Shown: in pieces, positions 36,531 to 46,870 of the stretch
Layout of the letters: every line of letters starts with the position of its first letter
Position numbering within the stretch: position 1 is the first letter of the stretch
Source of the DNA: Trichodelitschia bisporula
Taxonomy: Eukaryota
Reading direction: 5' to 3'
Assembly: GCA_010356995.1 (NCBI GenBank)
Contig: ML996707.1
Location: 186,001 to 250,000 of the forward strand
DNA length: 64,000 nt
Position numbers and translations under genes: made by a program
The notes under the pieces: generated by a model
What the model was told of the DNA's origin: nothing
Seen by the model: only the letters and a program-made list of their open reading frames with translations
The model's database searches: none

Positions 36531-36827
36531 CGAGTCCAATTAGAAACTGAACAATACCACAGCAACCCGAAGCAATGAGCGCACAAAATCCCCCCTCCCC
36601 TATATCCAAGCGATCGAACCCCCCCATACTCGCCTCACCATCCATCCTCGCCCTCATCCCCTGCGACATACCACTCAACAACCGCGCCCGCCCCCAGCCA
36701 CCCCGCTCCCATCCGCGCCCCTCTTATCCAACACCGCGCGCACCGCAGCCCAGCGCCTAAGCCCCGGCAACCGACCCGAAGCCCGCGGCGCAAAATGCCC
36801 GTCTCCCGTCCCCCTTGCGCGACTCTT

Positions 36828-38029
36828 CTACCCAGGCCTCGGCGGGAAGGCATACACGCCTCGCACGGCGCCGTTACTCGGCCACGGATCCGGGGTTTCG
36901 CGCTCCGAAGTCACGAATCGCCGGATGCGCTTCGGATTGGGCGGTCCGTTCCTCTTCGTGCGAGATTCGACGAACCGTGGACTCGCGTCTGGGGGCAAAG
37001 TGCGCTTCCGCTTCGGACTCGCGTCCGGTAGCAAAACGCGCTTCCGCTTCGGACTCGGAGGTCCGTTCCTGCGATCCCCGGCAAACTGCAAAGTTTCGTC
37101 CGGTGACAAACCGCGCTTCCACCCGCCCACTCTGCCCGCAGTTACGGTTCCGGATGCACCGCTCGCCCCGCCCCTACCAGCCTGTTCAGCCGCCCGCACT
37201 GCCCGCGTCAGCGCAGCCCCTCCCCGGCAGCCCCTTACTTCTCTTCGTGTCCTCCACGGCTTGCGTAAACTCCTCCCACTTCCTCTCGAGTCCGGCCTGG
37301 CGCACTGCTTCCGGGACCGTCCAGGCAAAGGGGACTACTCTAGGCGTGGCACTGTCGGGTGCGGAGGCGCGGGCTGGCATATTGTCGTCGGGAGTGGCGG
37401 TTGGCGAAGCCGGGACGCTGCGGCCAGCAGGAGCAAGGGCGCGGTGCGGGTCGGGTTGGGACGTAACGGCGGAGGCGGAGGAGGGGCGGGATGTGGGCGA
37501 GTGGCTGCGGCGGTGGACGGAGGAGCTGGTTGGCCAGGGGGTGCTGGTGATGGAGGGGAAGGAGGGGGAGCGGGGTTCGGTTTGGGACGTGACGGTCGTG
37601 GGGGAGGTGGAGCGGGAGGTGGACGACTGGGTCTGGCTGGGGCGGTAGGGGACGGGGGGGCTGCTTGGTTGGTAGGAGCTGCTGAAGGAGTGGGGGGGGG
37701 GGGGAGCGAGTGGGGGAGATGGTGATGGTGGGGATGGATAAGGACTGTGTGATGCGGTTGGGATGAGATGAGTGGATGGACGGCGAAGCGGGGGGGGGGG
37801 GGGGGGGAGCGAGTGGGGGAGATGGTGATGGTGGGGATGGATAAGGACTGTGTGATGCGGTTGGGATGAGATGAGTGGATGGACGGCGAAGCGGTGATGT
37901 TGGGTATGTATAATGACTGTGTGATGTGGTTGGGATGAGATGAGATGAGATGGATGGACGACGAAGAGTTGGATGAGAGAATAGAGGCGCTGAGGAGGGG
38001 ACCGGTTGATATGGTTGTAGAAGGAGCAT
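36828..38029 (-). CDS. Orphan Ser/Pro-rich protein with repeated SPKRKR motifs; frame broken at a poly-G run in a 103-bp duplication
   Basis: Canonical 40-nt intron 37199-37238 (GTAAGG..GCTGAC..CAG) joins ERKWEEFTQAVEDTKR to MRAAEQ...SPKRKR..SPKRKR..NPKRIRR. The 5' part needs a 1-nt correction in the G run at 37790-37807. Confidence 0.5.
37692..37965. repeat. Tandem duplication, 103-bp period, two near-identical copies plus a diverged partial third
   Basis: AGCGAGTGGGGGAGATGGTGATG... starts at both 37705 and 37808. Confidence 0.92.
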
Positions 38030-38301
38030 TGAAGTCAGGAAGGCGCATACTAAGAGTCATGGATGTACTGTAATGTGAGCATGATAGACGGAAGGAGCAA
38101 AGGAGGATACTCGGCATTAGGTATTTAAGTCTTGAGAGTCTCTTCCCCTCTTCCTCTCTTCCTCTCTTCCTCTCTTCCTCTCTTCCTCTCTTCCTCTCTT
38201 CCTCTCTTCCTCTCTTCCTTTCTTCCTCTCCTTGTCTTCTTCTTCAATCTTCAGCTTACATAGTTGCCGCTAAACGTGTTGGAGCTCTGCTCCCCTCACC
38301 T
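38020..38301 (+). repeat. Dispersed repeat family, copy B (contains expanded (CTCTTCCT)n array at ~38140-38230)
   Basis: Colinear with 59095-59299: GAAGGAGCATTG, GCATGATAGA.GGAAGGAG.AAAGG.GGATACT.GGCATT, GTATTTAA, GAGTCTCTTCC, CTTCAATCTTCAG.TTACA.AGTTGCCG, GAGCT.TGCTCCC.TCACCT. Confidence 0.85.
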
Positions 38302-38643
38302 GTACGCTCGAGGGCGCCGTTGCTTTGGATGGAGGTTCGCGGGTAGTAACAATGGAGGGCGCGGGGAGCGAGGACAGGCCGGTTCGTCGCTAATGCAGGT
38401 GGTGTACCGGACTATACATCGTCAACGTCAACGCCCATCCGGAATGAACACACACCACGTGCCAAACGGGGAGGATTATGCACTTAGACGAATAGATACA
38501 CACTATACAATATCCAACCGACACCACCACCACCACCAACAAAAACCGCACCGCCCCAAGAAAACCATCCAAAACGCCCCCTAACTCCACATCCCCCCCA
38601 GCACCAGACATCAGCATCCACCGTTCCAAACCCAATGTCCTGC

Positions 38644-39660
38644 TCAAGCAGCCTTAACAACCGCCTCCCCCCTCCCCTTCGCAATCCAAAACCCCTCCAT
38701 CTGCCCCTGAATCCGGAACCACATCTCGACAAGCTCGCGATCAATATCCCCCTTATTACCCGCATCCCAGAACTTGTCATGCAGCGTCGCGGCCCCATTC
38801 GCCACATCCTTGAGCATCGGGAAATTCGCATTCCACTTGCCTGGCGGGAAGCCCTGCCAGGGCATCCGGCCCGCGCGGTCGTGCACGCTGTTCAGCAAGC
38901 TCTGCTCCATCATCCCGCTGTCGAAGCTGCCCGGCGTATTCAGCTTGTCGACGTAGTAATTGAAAAGCTCCTTATCAGGCCTCAGCATCAAGAACCCCCC
39001 ATTCAGCATCCCCTCCCCACTCGGCGGCACAGGATGCTCCCACCCGCCATTATCCGTCACACCTGACAAGAGATAATTCGCCGGGGGCTCCAACGGCGCC
39101 TCCGCGACCCCCACAGGCCGCTCCTTGGTCTTCATAACGTGCATCGCCGCCGGCTCATCCCAAATATCGTCCAATGGCTTCGTAAGCAACATATCGTTAT
39201 CGATATACAGTATCCGATCCCAACGCGTCTGCTCAAACAATCTCAGCTTCGTAAACTGGTCTGCCCAGCGCTCCTGCCCCGGTGTTGCCCAGTTATTACT
39301 CGGCGTCAGGTTGGCGACGGGGACTACGATTGCGCCGTCTTTTTCGAGGATTGCGCGGCGGCCGGCGGATACGTGCGGCGGGACGAGCACGAGGAATGGC
39401 AGAGTATGCTTCATTCTCGTTTCGGGCCGGTGCAGGAGTTGCCAGGCGAGGACGCGGGTCGCCGTGAAGTACGGGTCTGGCAGGTCGTCGGAGACCATGT
39501 GCGTGCTGTAGAAGGTGGCGTAGGCGCGGCGTGATTGGCCGTCTGGCAGCGGGTCGAGGGCGTTTATGTCTGCGGCGGGCCAGGAGGGGCGGTAGACGCT
39601 GAAGATTAGGGTTATGGTTATGAAGGCGGCGAAGGTGAGGAAGGCGGGGCGGGGGGGCAT
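38644..39660 (-). CDS. GT8 family glycosyltransferase (Gnt1/glycogenin-like), type II membrane
   Basis: N-terminal TM, RAYATF, QFTKLRLFEQTRWDRILYIDNDML (DxD), LNGGF, EQSLLN, LHDKFW. Confidence 0.88.
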   Translation of the reverse strand: MPPRPAFLTFAAFITITLIFSVYRPSWPAADINALDPLPDGQSRRAYATFYSTHMVSDDLPDPYFTATRVLAWQLLHRPETRMKHTLPFLVLVPPHVSAGRRAILEKDGAIVVPVANLTPSNNWATPGQERWADQFTKLRLFEQTRWDRILYIDNDMLLTKPLDDIWDEPAAMHVMKTKERPVGVAEAPLEPPANYLLSGVTDNGGWEHPVPPSGEGMLNGGFLMLRPDKELFNYYVDKLNTPGSFDSGMMEQSLLNSVHDRAGRMPWQGFPPGKWNANFPMLKDVANGAATLHDKFWDAGNKGDIDRELVEMWFRIQGQMEGFWIAKGRGEAVVKAA

Positions 39661-40698
39661 GGTGGGCGTTTGTTTGGCGCCTGGGCCGGGTGACGGGCGA
39701 CGATGCGCGAAGGGGGAGGATGCGCGGAAGAGGGAGGATACGTTTGAAGGAGTGATGATGGGTTTCCGAGGTTGTTGAACGGAGGTAGGAAGAGGAGCGG
39801 GCGCGTGTGGCGGGCCGACGAGTTTAGTACTCGATCTTTTGCCGTCGCTGCGACTTTCAGGGGCAGCGCCTGTCGGATTTTCAGCTCAGGGGACGTGTGC
39901 GGGGAGGCTGCGCCATGCGGGAGGGGCTTGGTAGGGCGGGATGGTGGCGGGTCCAGAACCTTTAGGGGAGTCGAGGAGCGGCAGCGATGAGAACGAGAAG
40001 AAGGGGACACGATGAGATGGTGACAGTGAGATGGTGACAATGATGTGCTTTAAAGAGCCTCTTTGCTGGCGGGCGGCCTAATGGGGGGGGGGGGGGATGA
40101 AGTGTTTGTACTGCGTAGATCCCCGGCTTCACTGGCTAGGGCCTCATTGGTGCGGATGCTGGTGCTAGCTGGGATGGGGAGGGGGGATTGGTGGCGTTTG
40201 TGCGAGGGGGCGTGATTTTGATATGAGGTTTTGGTGTCGATATGGCGGGTCGAGATCGAGTTGTCACCATGGTGCCTGTGAATGTCATTACTCGTGCCCA
40301 CAGCCCGCTCCTCGTCTTTGTCCTCCGCGCGCAGCCAGCGACACCCGGCACCACTTCGTCGAGGAAACAGCAGACAAGAAGACAATCGAGCGGGGAGAGA
40401 GCACACGACCAGAACGCCAGGTAACATCGAAGAAAGCCACCACCACGCGACGTACAAAGGCGCGCAGCTGCATCTCCTTCCCCCCTACCTCTCGTCCATG
40501 CATCACAAACGTCACCCACACGACCGCACAACCTCATAACCGTAGGAAGGCGGCAAAGCGCAGACAGACGGATACATCTGTACATGTCCGCCTTTTGTAG
40601 TCCCACCCGCGCCGTCGTGCTCCCTACGTCGTTCCACGTGTGCAACGTGTTCTAGAACTAGGCCCTTGCCGTGTTCCCACGCTGATGCAAGGGGTGGA

Positions 40699-40875
40699 CC
40701 GTTATGGGAGTGGGGCTCTGCACGTGCGAAGGGGACTGTGAGATGGAGATTGAGGGGAAAGATAATGAGGAAGAGACTCTCACGAAGAAATGCACGATGC
40801 TGCCAAGTATCTTCCTATTCCTTCCTCGTATCATGTGCACATCCCATCATGTTCATCAGATAAGAGTGCTCCTTC
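40699..40875 (-). repeat. Dispersed repeat family, copy C (inverted orientation)
   Basis: Reverse complement reads GAAGGAGCAC..GTGCACATGATACGAGGAAGGAATAGGAAGATACTTGGCA..GAGAGTCTCTTCCTC..TCAATCTCCATCTCACAGT..GCACGT. Confidence 0.75.
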
Positions 40876-41048
40876 AATGTCAACATCAGGCCGTTGGTGA
40901 ACCAATCTATAGAGTACCATTACCCCACTGTACTGATGTCACCTCACCACTGAGTTCATATCCAACGAACCTCATATTGACCTCCTCTACGCCTCAACAT
41001 CCAAACCACCAACCAAACCACCAACCAAACCATCACCGCTTACCTTCA

Positions 41049-43561
41049 TCACGCCAGCCTCACCCTCTTCCCCCCCCCCCTCTCCTCCCCCACCTCCTCC
41101 TCCGCCATCCTCTTCGTCGCCGCCCTCGTCACCCTCCCCTCCTCCTCCTCCTCCTCCTCCTCCTCCTCCTCCTGAACCCTCACCCTCCGCTTCCCCTTCT
41201 TACCCCGCAAATACACCTCCAAATCCCCCAAATGGACCGCGACATTCGACGGCGAGCTACTAGCCCGTACACGCGCACCCCGCGTCTCATTGCGCGCAGA
41301 CTGCATCCCCCACCCCAGCGTCGTCTGATACGGGACCTCCGGGCCAGGACGAAACGCCTTATCCCCAGTGCCCGGCATCTCCCCCACCTTCGCCAAAAAT
41401 ACCTCCGCAACACGCGCATCCTCGCCTTCAACCCTCGCACCCCATCTCCCCCCCGGCTCGCGGCTCAAACTCCGCACATCAACAGCAACATCAACCCCCG
41501 CCTTCACCAGCTTCTTAAAATCCATAAACCGCTCCAAGCAGTACAAATGCACATACCCAGCCACAACCAGCGGATCCACAGACTCACCAAACCTTCCCCA
41601 CCGCTCATCAATCGCAACCCGATAATGCCCCGGTAGAATCGTCCCTGGGAGACCCGCCTGGCGTATCGGACAGCAGTCAAACCGACACTTTGCCGAGCCT
41701 GCCGTGGGATACCGCCTTATCGCATCCGCAGGCGTGCGCTGGATCCACAGCGTCGTCTTCGCCGGATTCCTTACGATAAACGCCCATATCTGCTCCGGCG
41801 TGTACGTGGCATTGCGCAACTCACCTCGTTCCGTGTACACATACTCCCTCTCCCCATATGCCCACGCCTCAGGCTGCGGTGGGATCAGCGGGTACGCGGC
41901 GTTCACATCATACGTCGCGATTTTGCGCGTCCGCGCACTGCGCCCGGACGTGCTGCGGTTAGCACGGATCCAGGGGCGCGTCGGCGACGTGCTGGGTGCG
42001 TAGCTCTCCTCGGACGAGATGCTGGGCACACGGAACTTATCCTGCGCGTTCTGCACCCTCGGGGTCGATGCGGGCGCGTAGCTCTCTTCCGACGAGCTGC
42101 TAGGCACGCGGAACCGCGCCCTGACCTTCCTGGCTCGCTCGCTGGGGGGGTAGGGGTGGTAACCCACCTCGGAGCTGCCGGGCGTGCTGTAACTCTGGGA
42201 CCCGCTGCTCGCCGCGTAGTGCCCGGATGACGCCACCGTCTCGCCGCTCCCCTGCGACGACACGCTGGGTACGCGGTCCGTGTGCTGCGGTAGCGAAGGC
42301 ACCGAGCTCGGGGACACCCACATGCTCTCGGACGCCGGCGATAGCGCTGCCCTGCGCTCTGCCTCGAGCCCGACTTGGAGCGCCCACCATGCGTTCGTTG
42401 TCGCTGTGCGGGGCGAATCCGTGAGCCCGGGGAGAGGCTCGCCCTCGCGCGCCATTGGGTCGATGACGGCTTGGGCTAGGGTCTCTAGGCGCGCTTGTTC
42501 GGTGGCGTGGGCTGTGCTGGAGGGGGCGAGCCAGCCGTACCATTTTGCGGCGTGGGGGTGGTTGGCGGGGAGGGGGTGTTGGGTGGAGGCGTGCTGGGCG
42601 GCGAGGTGGGCGAGGTAGGTGGCGAGGGGGTTGGGGAGGGTGGTGTCTATGGCCCAGGGGTCGGTGGGGTCGGTTGAGATTGGGGTTTGCGAGGAGGAGT
42701 GACTCGTGGAGGATGAAGTGCTCGGGGCGCGGAAGGTGCGGCCTGGCTCTGTGGGGGGGAGTGTGATGNNNNNNNNNNNNNNNNNNNNNNNNNNNNNNNN
42801 NNNNNNNNNNNNNNNNNNNNNNNNNNNNNNNNNNNNNNNNNNNGGGGGGGGTAAGTAAGGTCGGCCGAGATCGGTGGTTGGTCGGTTACGAAGGGTTCGG
42901 TCGAGATCGAGGGTCGCTGGGAGGCATGAGTTGAGTCGGCCGAAGTGCTCGGGTCGCCGAAGATGTGGTTTCGCTCTGCGGTTGGTAGATAGGATGGCAG
43001 ATATGACGTGCCGAACGCCGGCGAGACGATGGCGGGTAGTTGGCCGGGGTACTCCGCCGCGACCCTGGTGTCTACCCCCAACCTCGGGCGCGCCTTGTGC
43101 GGGAGCGGGCGACACGGCTCGGTCAGCAGCCAAGGCGACGGCCGGGGCGGTTCGGGCGGGTATATCTCGTCGCCCAGCGCCTGCATCTCGTATTGCCATA
43201 GCTCCTCGGTGAGGTTTGGGAGGGCCTGCGACGTGGGTATGTATTGTCCGTCATCTCTGTGTGTGAAGGGGCGTGGCTCTTCGCTTTGCGTGGGAGGCGG
43301 TATGGACGGCGAGATGGGCGCGTACGAAGGTCCATCATCTCTGTAAGTGAAGTCGATTTGCTCATCGGCTTGAGTGAAGGGCGGCAAGGGCGGCGACATG
43401 GGCACAGGGAGAGGTCCATCATGGAAGTAGAAATCCTTTTCGGCTTGAGTGAGGGGCGTCCTGGGGGGTGAGATGGGCTCTTCGCCTTGCCAGGGAGCGA
43501 ACACTCGGTCGCGGAAATCGGAGAAGGAAAAGGGGAGCGAGTTTTCTGGGTTGCTTTCCAT
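41049..43561 (-). CDS. Uncharacterised protein with Cys/His-containing C-terminal domain; spans N-gap 42769-42842
   Basis: Globular-looking segment LWIQRTPAD..RYP...KCRFDCCP..GHYRVAIDE..AGYVHLYCLERF. N-terminal ~26-aa degenerate repeats. The two frames are joined only across the gap. Confidence 0.7.
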
Positions 43562-43814
43562 GGTTGATGTTGGTGTGTGGGGATTGGTATTGACGTCTGG
43601 ACTCGGCGCTGGCGCTGACGCGTCTTATGGGACGAGGCATAAAGAACAATGCTGATTGTGAAGGATAAGGGGTGGGTTATTCGCGAGTGTCCTTTGTACC
43701 CGCGGGGACAAAAGTCCGATTGGGGACAATTCATTGTCTCTGCGACTTCGAGTCGAGCTTTGTTGAGGGCGTCAAGGCTGATAGCGCTGGAAGAAGATGA
43801 TGGGGATATGAGGC

Positions 43815-44006
43815 GGAGCATTGTGGTGGAAGGAAGGAGCATACTTACTTGAGGAAGGGACACAGTGATGTGTTCATGATAGGAGGATATCCGCCACATC
43901 GTGTACTCGGCCTCGAGCATCTCTCGACTCTCTCCTCTTCGTCTTCTTTCAACCTTTCACTTCATACCGCATCCATTACATGCACCAAGCCTATGTTCCC
44001 ATTAAA
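43815..44006 (+). repeat. Dispersed repeat family, copy D
   Basis: GGAGCATTG..GGAAGGAGCATACT..CATGATAGGAGGATAT..GACTCTCTCCTCTTCGTCTTC..TTCACTTCATACCG..AAGCCTATGTTCCCATTAAA. Confidence 0.7.
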
Positions 44007-44207
44007 AGCAGCAATAGAACTAGGAGCGGGAGCGGGAGCATCGACATCACGGACTTCACGATGTCACAGACACACAGTTCAACGGTTGATTTCTACCCGC
44101 CTACGACCCCTGACGGCCAATCCGCCCCCCACCCCTCCTCGCCTATGCGTAAACCCATACTCCCCTAACCCGCCGCTCGATACCCGGTATGCGTGTGAAA
44201 TCCAGTT

Positions 44208-44343
44208 CTAGTTCGGGCACGTCTGCAATTCACCATTAGCATCTATCCGCTCTAGAAAGCAATGTAGTACTCACAGCACCGCACGAAGAGCAAGACTTGG
44301 ACCCGTCAGACGCGGCGCCACAAGTGGGGCAAGCGGGATGCAT
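44208..44343 (-). CDS. 27-aa Cys-rich micropeptide MHPACPTCGAASDGSKSCSSCGATCPN (zinc-ribbon/metallothionein-like)
   Basis: Exon1 44343-44275, canonical intron 44274-44223 (GTGAGT..GCTAAT..GCAG), exon2 ACG TGC CCG AAC TAG. CATAAATA ~110 nt upstream. Confidence 0.8.
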
Positions 44344-45441
44344 GATGCTGGTATGGAAGTTGGGAATTGGTTGTGGGATCTGTAGTTGCAGTGTATGGAG
44401 TGGTGATGTCGTGGATGCAGGTGGGGTACGAAGCACGCCGTGGAGTGGAAGCCCTATTTATGCCCCGCACCCCGCTACGGAGCGGGGTCAGCTGCACCAG
44501 GCTAGGCCCCCACCGCGATGGTAAGCGAGCGGCTTCAGCTTATCGCAGGGCGGCTGAGGGGAGCTTATTGGTTGGGAAGCAGAGGGCGTGCTTCCGGTGT
44601 GCTGGATGGGGCAAGTGACAAGTGATGCGAACACGTGCGTGATGGGTGGGATGTGCGGGGTAAGACTTCATTGCATGGGGTTTTCGCTGTATCTCGCTCT
44701 ATAGCACATATGAATACGAGAGACGTATCATCCGTAGAAGGGGAGCTTCCGCATGAGGGTAGGAGCAGCGACATCGCTCTACTCCGATCTACAGCCGTAC
44801 CAGTCCTCAATCTAGAACTAGATATCCACCATCCAACGCCTTCCCAGTCATGAAGGATGGCTAGACAGGCTTGAAACGGAACACCACCACCCGTGCGCAG
44901 CCTTGCAGCCAACCCCCCACTACCACATTCCACACATCTATCTCCACCCCGCCATCCAACCGCCCAGACATTGCAACGCCGTTCCCGGGCCAGCCCGCCC
45001 CGATCGGACCAGCCACTCGCACGCCAGGCCAGCCTGCACGCCAACACCAGCCTTGCGCCTTGCGGCGAGCGCTAAGCGCCGGCCGCGCATCACGACGACT
45101 TGCTCTTGGGATAGACGATTTGCCCTGGCGAGACCGAATAACCGCAGCAAAAACCACGCGATGAATGTCCGCGTCTACGGTGATCGTCACGGCGTGGCGC
45201 GGCGTGCAGACCTTGACGTAGCGGCAACCGAGCAGCCACCCATGTTGCACACCGTCGTCGGTGCGGCACCAAAGGCCAGCCCTCCCGCGCCCAACGCGCC
45301 GGCCGTGGCGGAGTATAACCGGACTCAGCCTTGAATCCAACAGCAAGGGATGATACTTGATCCTTCGCGCGGTGGTGATAAACAGGTCTTGCGCGCCCGC
45401 GCCCGCGCCCTTCGCCCTGTTTTCCCATCTATAGCTCCATA

Positions 45442-46546
45442 ATGTCAGCATCACCTCTCACCCCCCCTCTCACCCCTCATCCCCCCCCTCTCCGCCCCTC
45501 CTGTCCCTTCGGCGGCTCATACTACGCCTGCACCACCGGCGCCCGCTTCGTCGGGTGCTGCACCAGCAACCCATGCAACGCCAACGGCTGCGTACCCAGC
45601 GCGCTCCTCGGCGCGAGCTGGAATGCAGCGGATAATGCTACTTTCGCCGATCAGAAGTGCGCGACTGGGCTGTTTTATACGTGCAAGAAGACGAGTCCGC
45701 CGTTTTGGGGGTGTTGTAGGGGGAATCCGTGTCAGGACGCGGGATGTGCGACGAGTAATCTGGCGCCCGCGGTACTGGCGGATGATTCGGGGGCCGCGGC
45801 GCCGTTTGTGAGTGCTGCGACGGGGTCGACGGTGGTGGGGGCGGCGGTGGCAACGAGTACGGCTACGAGTACGGCCACGCCGGGGGCAGGGACGCCGGGG
45901 AAGGCGGAGGGGAGTGGAGGGTCGAAGTCGCATGTCCCGATCACGGTTGGCATTGTCGTCGCCGGCGCAGTACTCATCGCCCTCGTCCTGGGGTGGATAT
46001 ACTACATCCGGCGGCGGACGTCGCTGCGCAAGAAGGAATTCGAGGCCAGCGCGTTTGTCACATCCCCTACGCTCGGTGGAAGTCCGATGCCACCCAAAGG
46101 TGAGCCCGAAATCCGGTCGACGACCGCGCTGACGAGCAGACACCTACCCCTCAAGTCCAGATTTCGTATCCGCGCCCGCACACGGGCAGCAGATGGCGCC
46201 GGCTGAGCTCCCGGGTGTTACTTTACCGACAGATGTGCAGGCGAATGCCGCTAGTCCGCAGTTCAGTTACACGCTAAGTCCGCACACGACTTGCGGCCGT
46301 AGTCCGCAGCCGAGTTGGGATGGGCCGTCGAGTATGGGCTCGGAGGCGGGGATGGCGTTGTCGAATCCATCGAGTTTGACGATCATCGGGAGCAGTCCGC
46401 AGATACCGCAGCCCGCGAGCGCGGTGTCGGAGCTGGAGGGTTCTGCGTGTTATGTTCCTGTGGTGATATCGCCGAGTGCTGCGAATGCGCCTGAGAGGCC
46501 GAAGTATGTTGCGTATCAGCCGCCGGGAGTGGGGAATCGGTTTTGA
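45442..46546 (+). CDS. Single-pass membrane protein with duplicated Cys-rich extracellular module
   Basis: Two C-x4-FY-x-C..F.GCC..NPC...GC units, S/T stalk, TM ITVGIVVAGAVLIALVLGWIYYI+RRR. Intron ~46100-46139. ELPG/ELEG tail motifs. Confidence 0.78.
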
Positions 46547-46870
46547 GGGTGAGGGGCGTTGGGGTGTTGGGACGCTGCCTTTGTATAATAGTTAATGGTT
46601 AATACGCTCGCTCGCTCGAGGAAAGAGCTTCACGCGAAAAGAACGAAGCCCATGATGCACGATCCAATCGCGCTTTCACCAACCGTCACGTGACCCCTCG
46701 CGTGTTGCCCTGGTTTCTCGTGTTGACGTCGCCCAGCCCCAACACCACGCAAAAGCCCCTACCCAGCACCCATCCAAACCGCACCACCACCACCACCACG
46801 ACGAAACCCACCGCGACATCGTGCTTCACCAACCCATCTACCGGACAGCGCACAACCACCAAGATACACG

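Noticed and set aside
36575..37725. Plus-strand ORFs 36575-36760, 36815-37648 and 36925-37725
   Set aside because: No motifs. The canonical intron and the usual C-rich-5' polarity support the minus strand instead.
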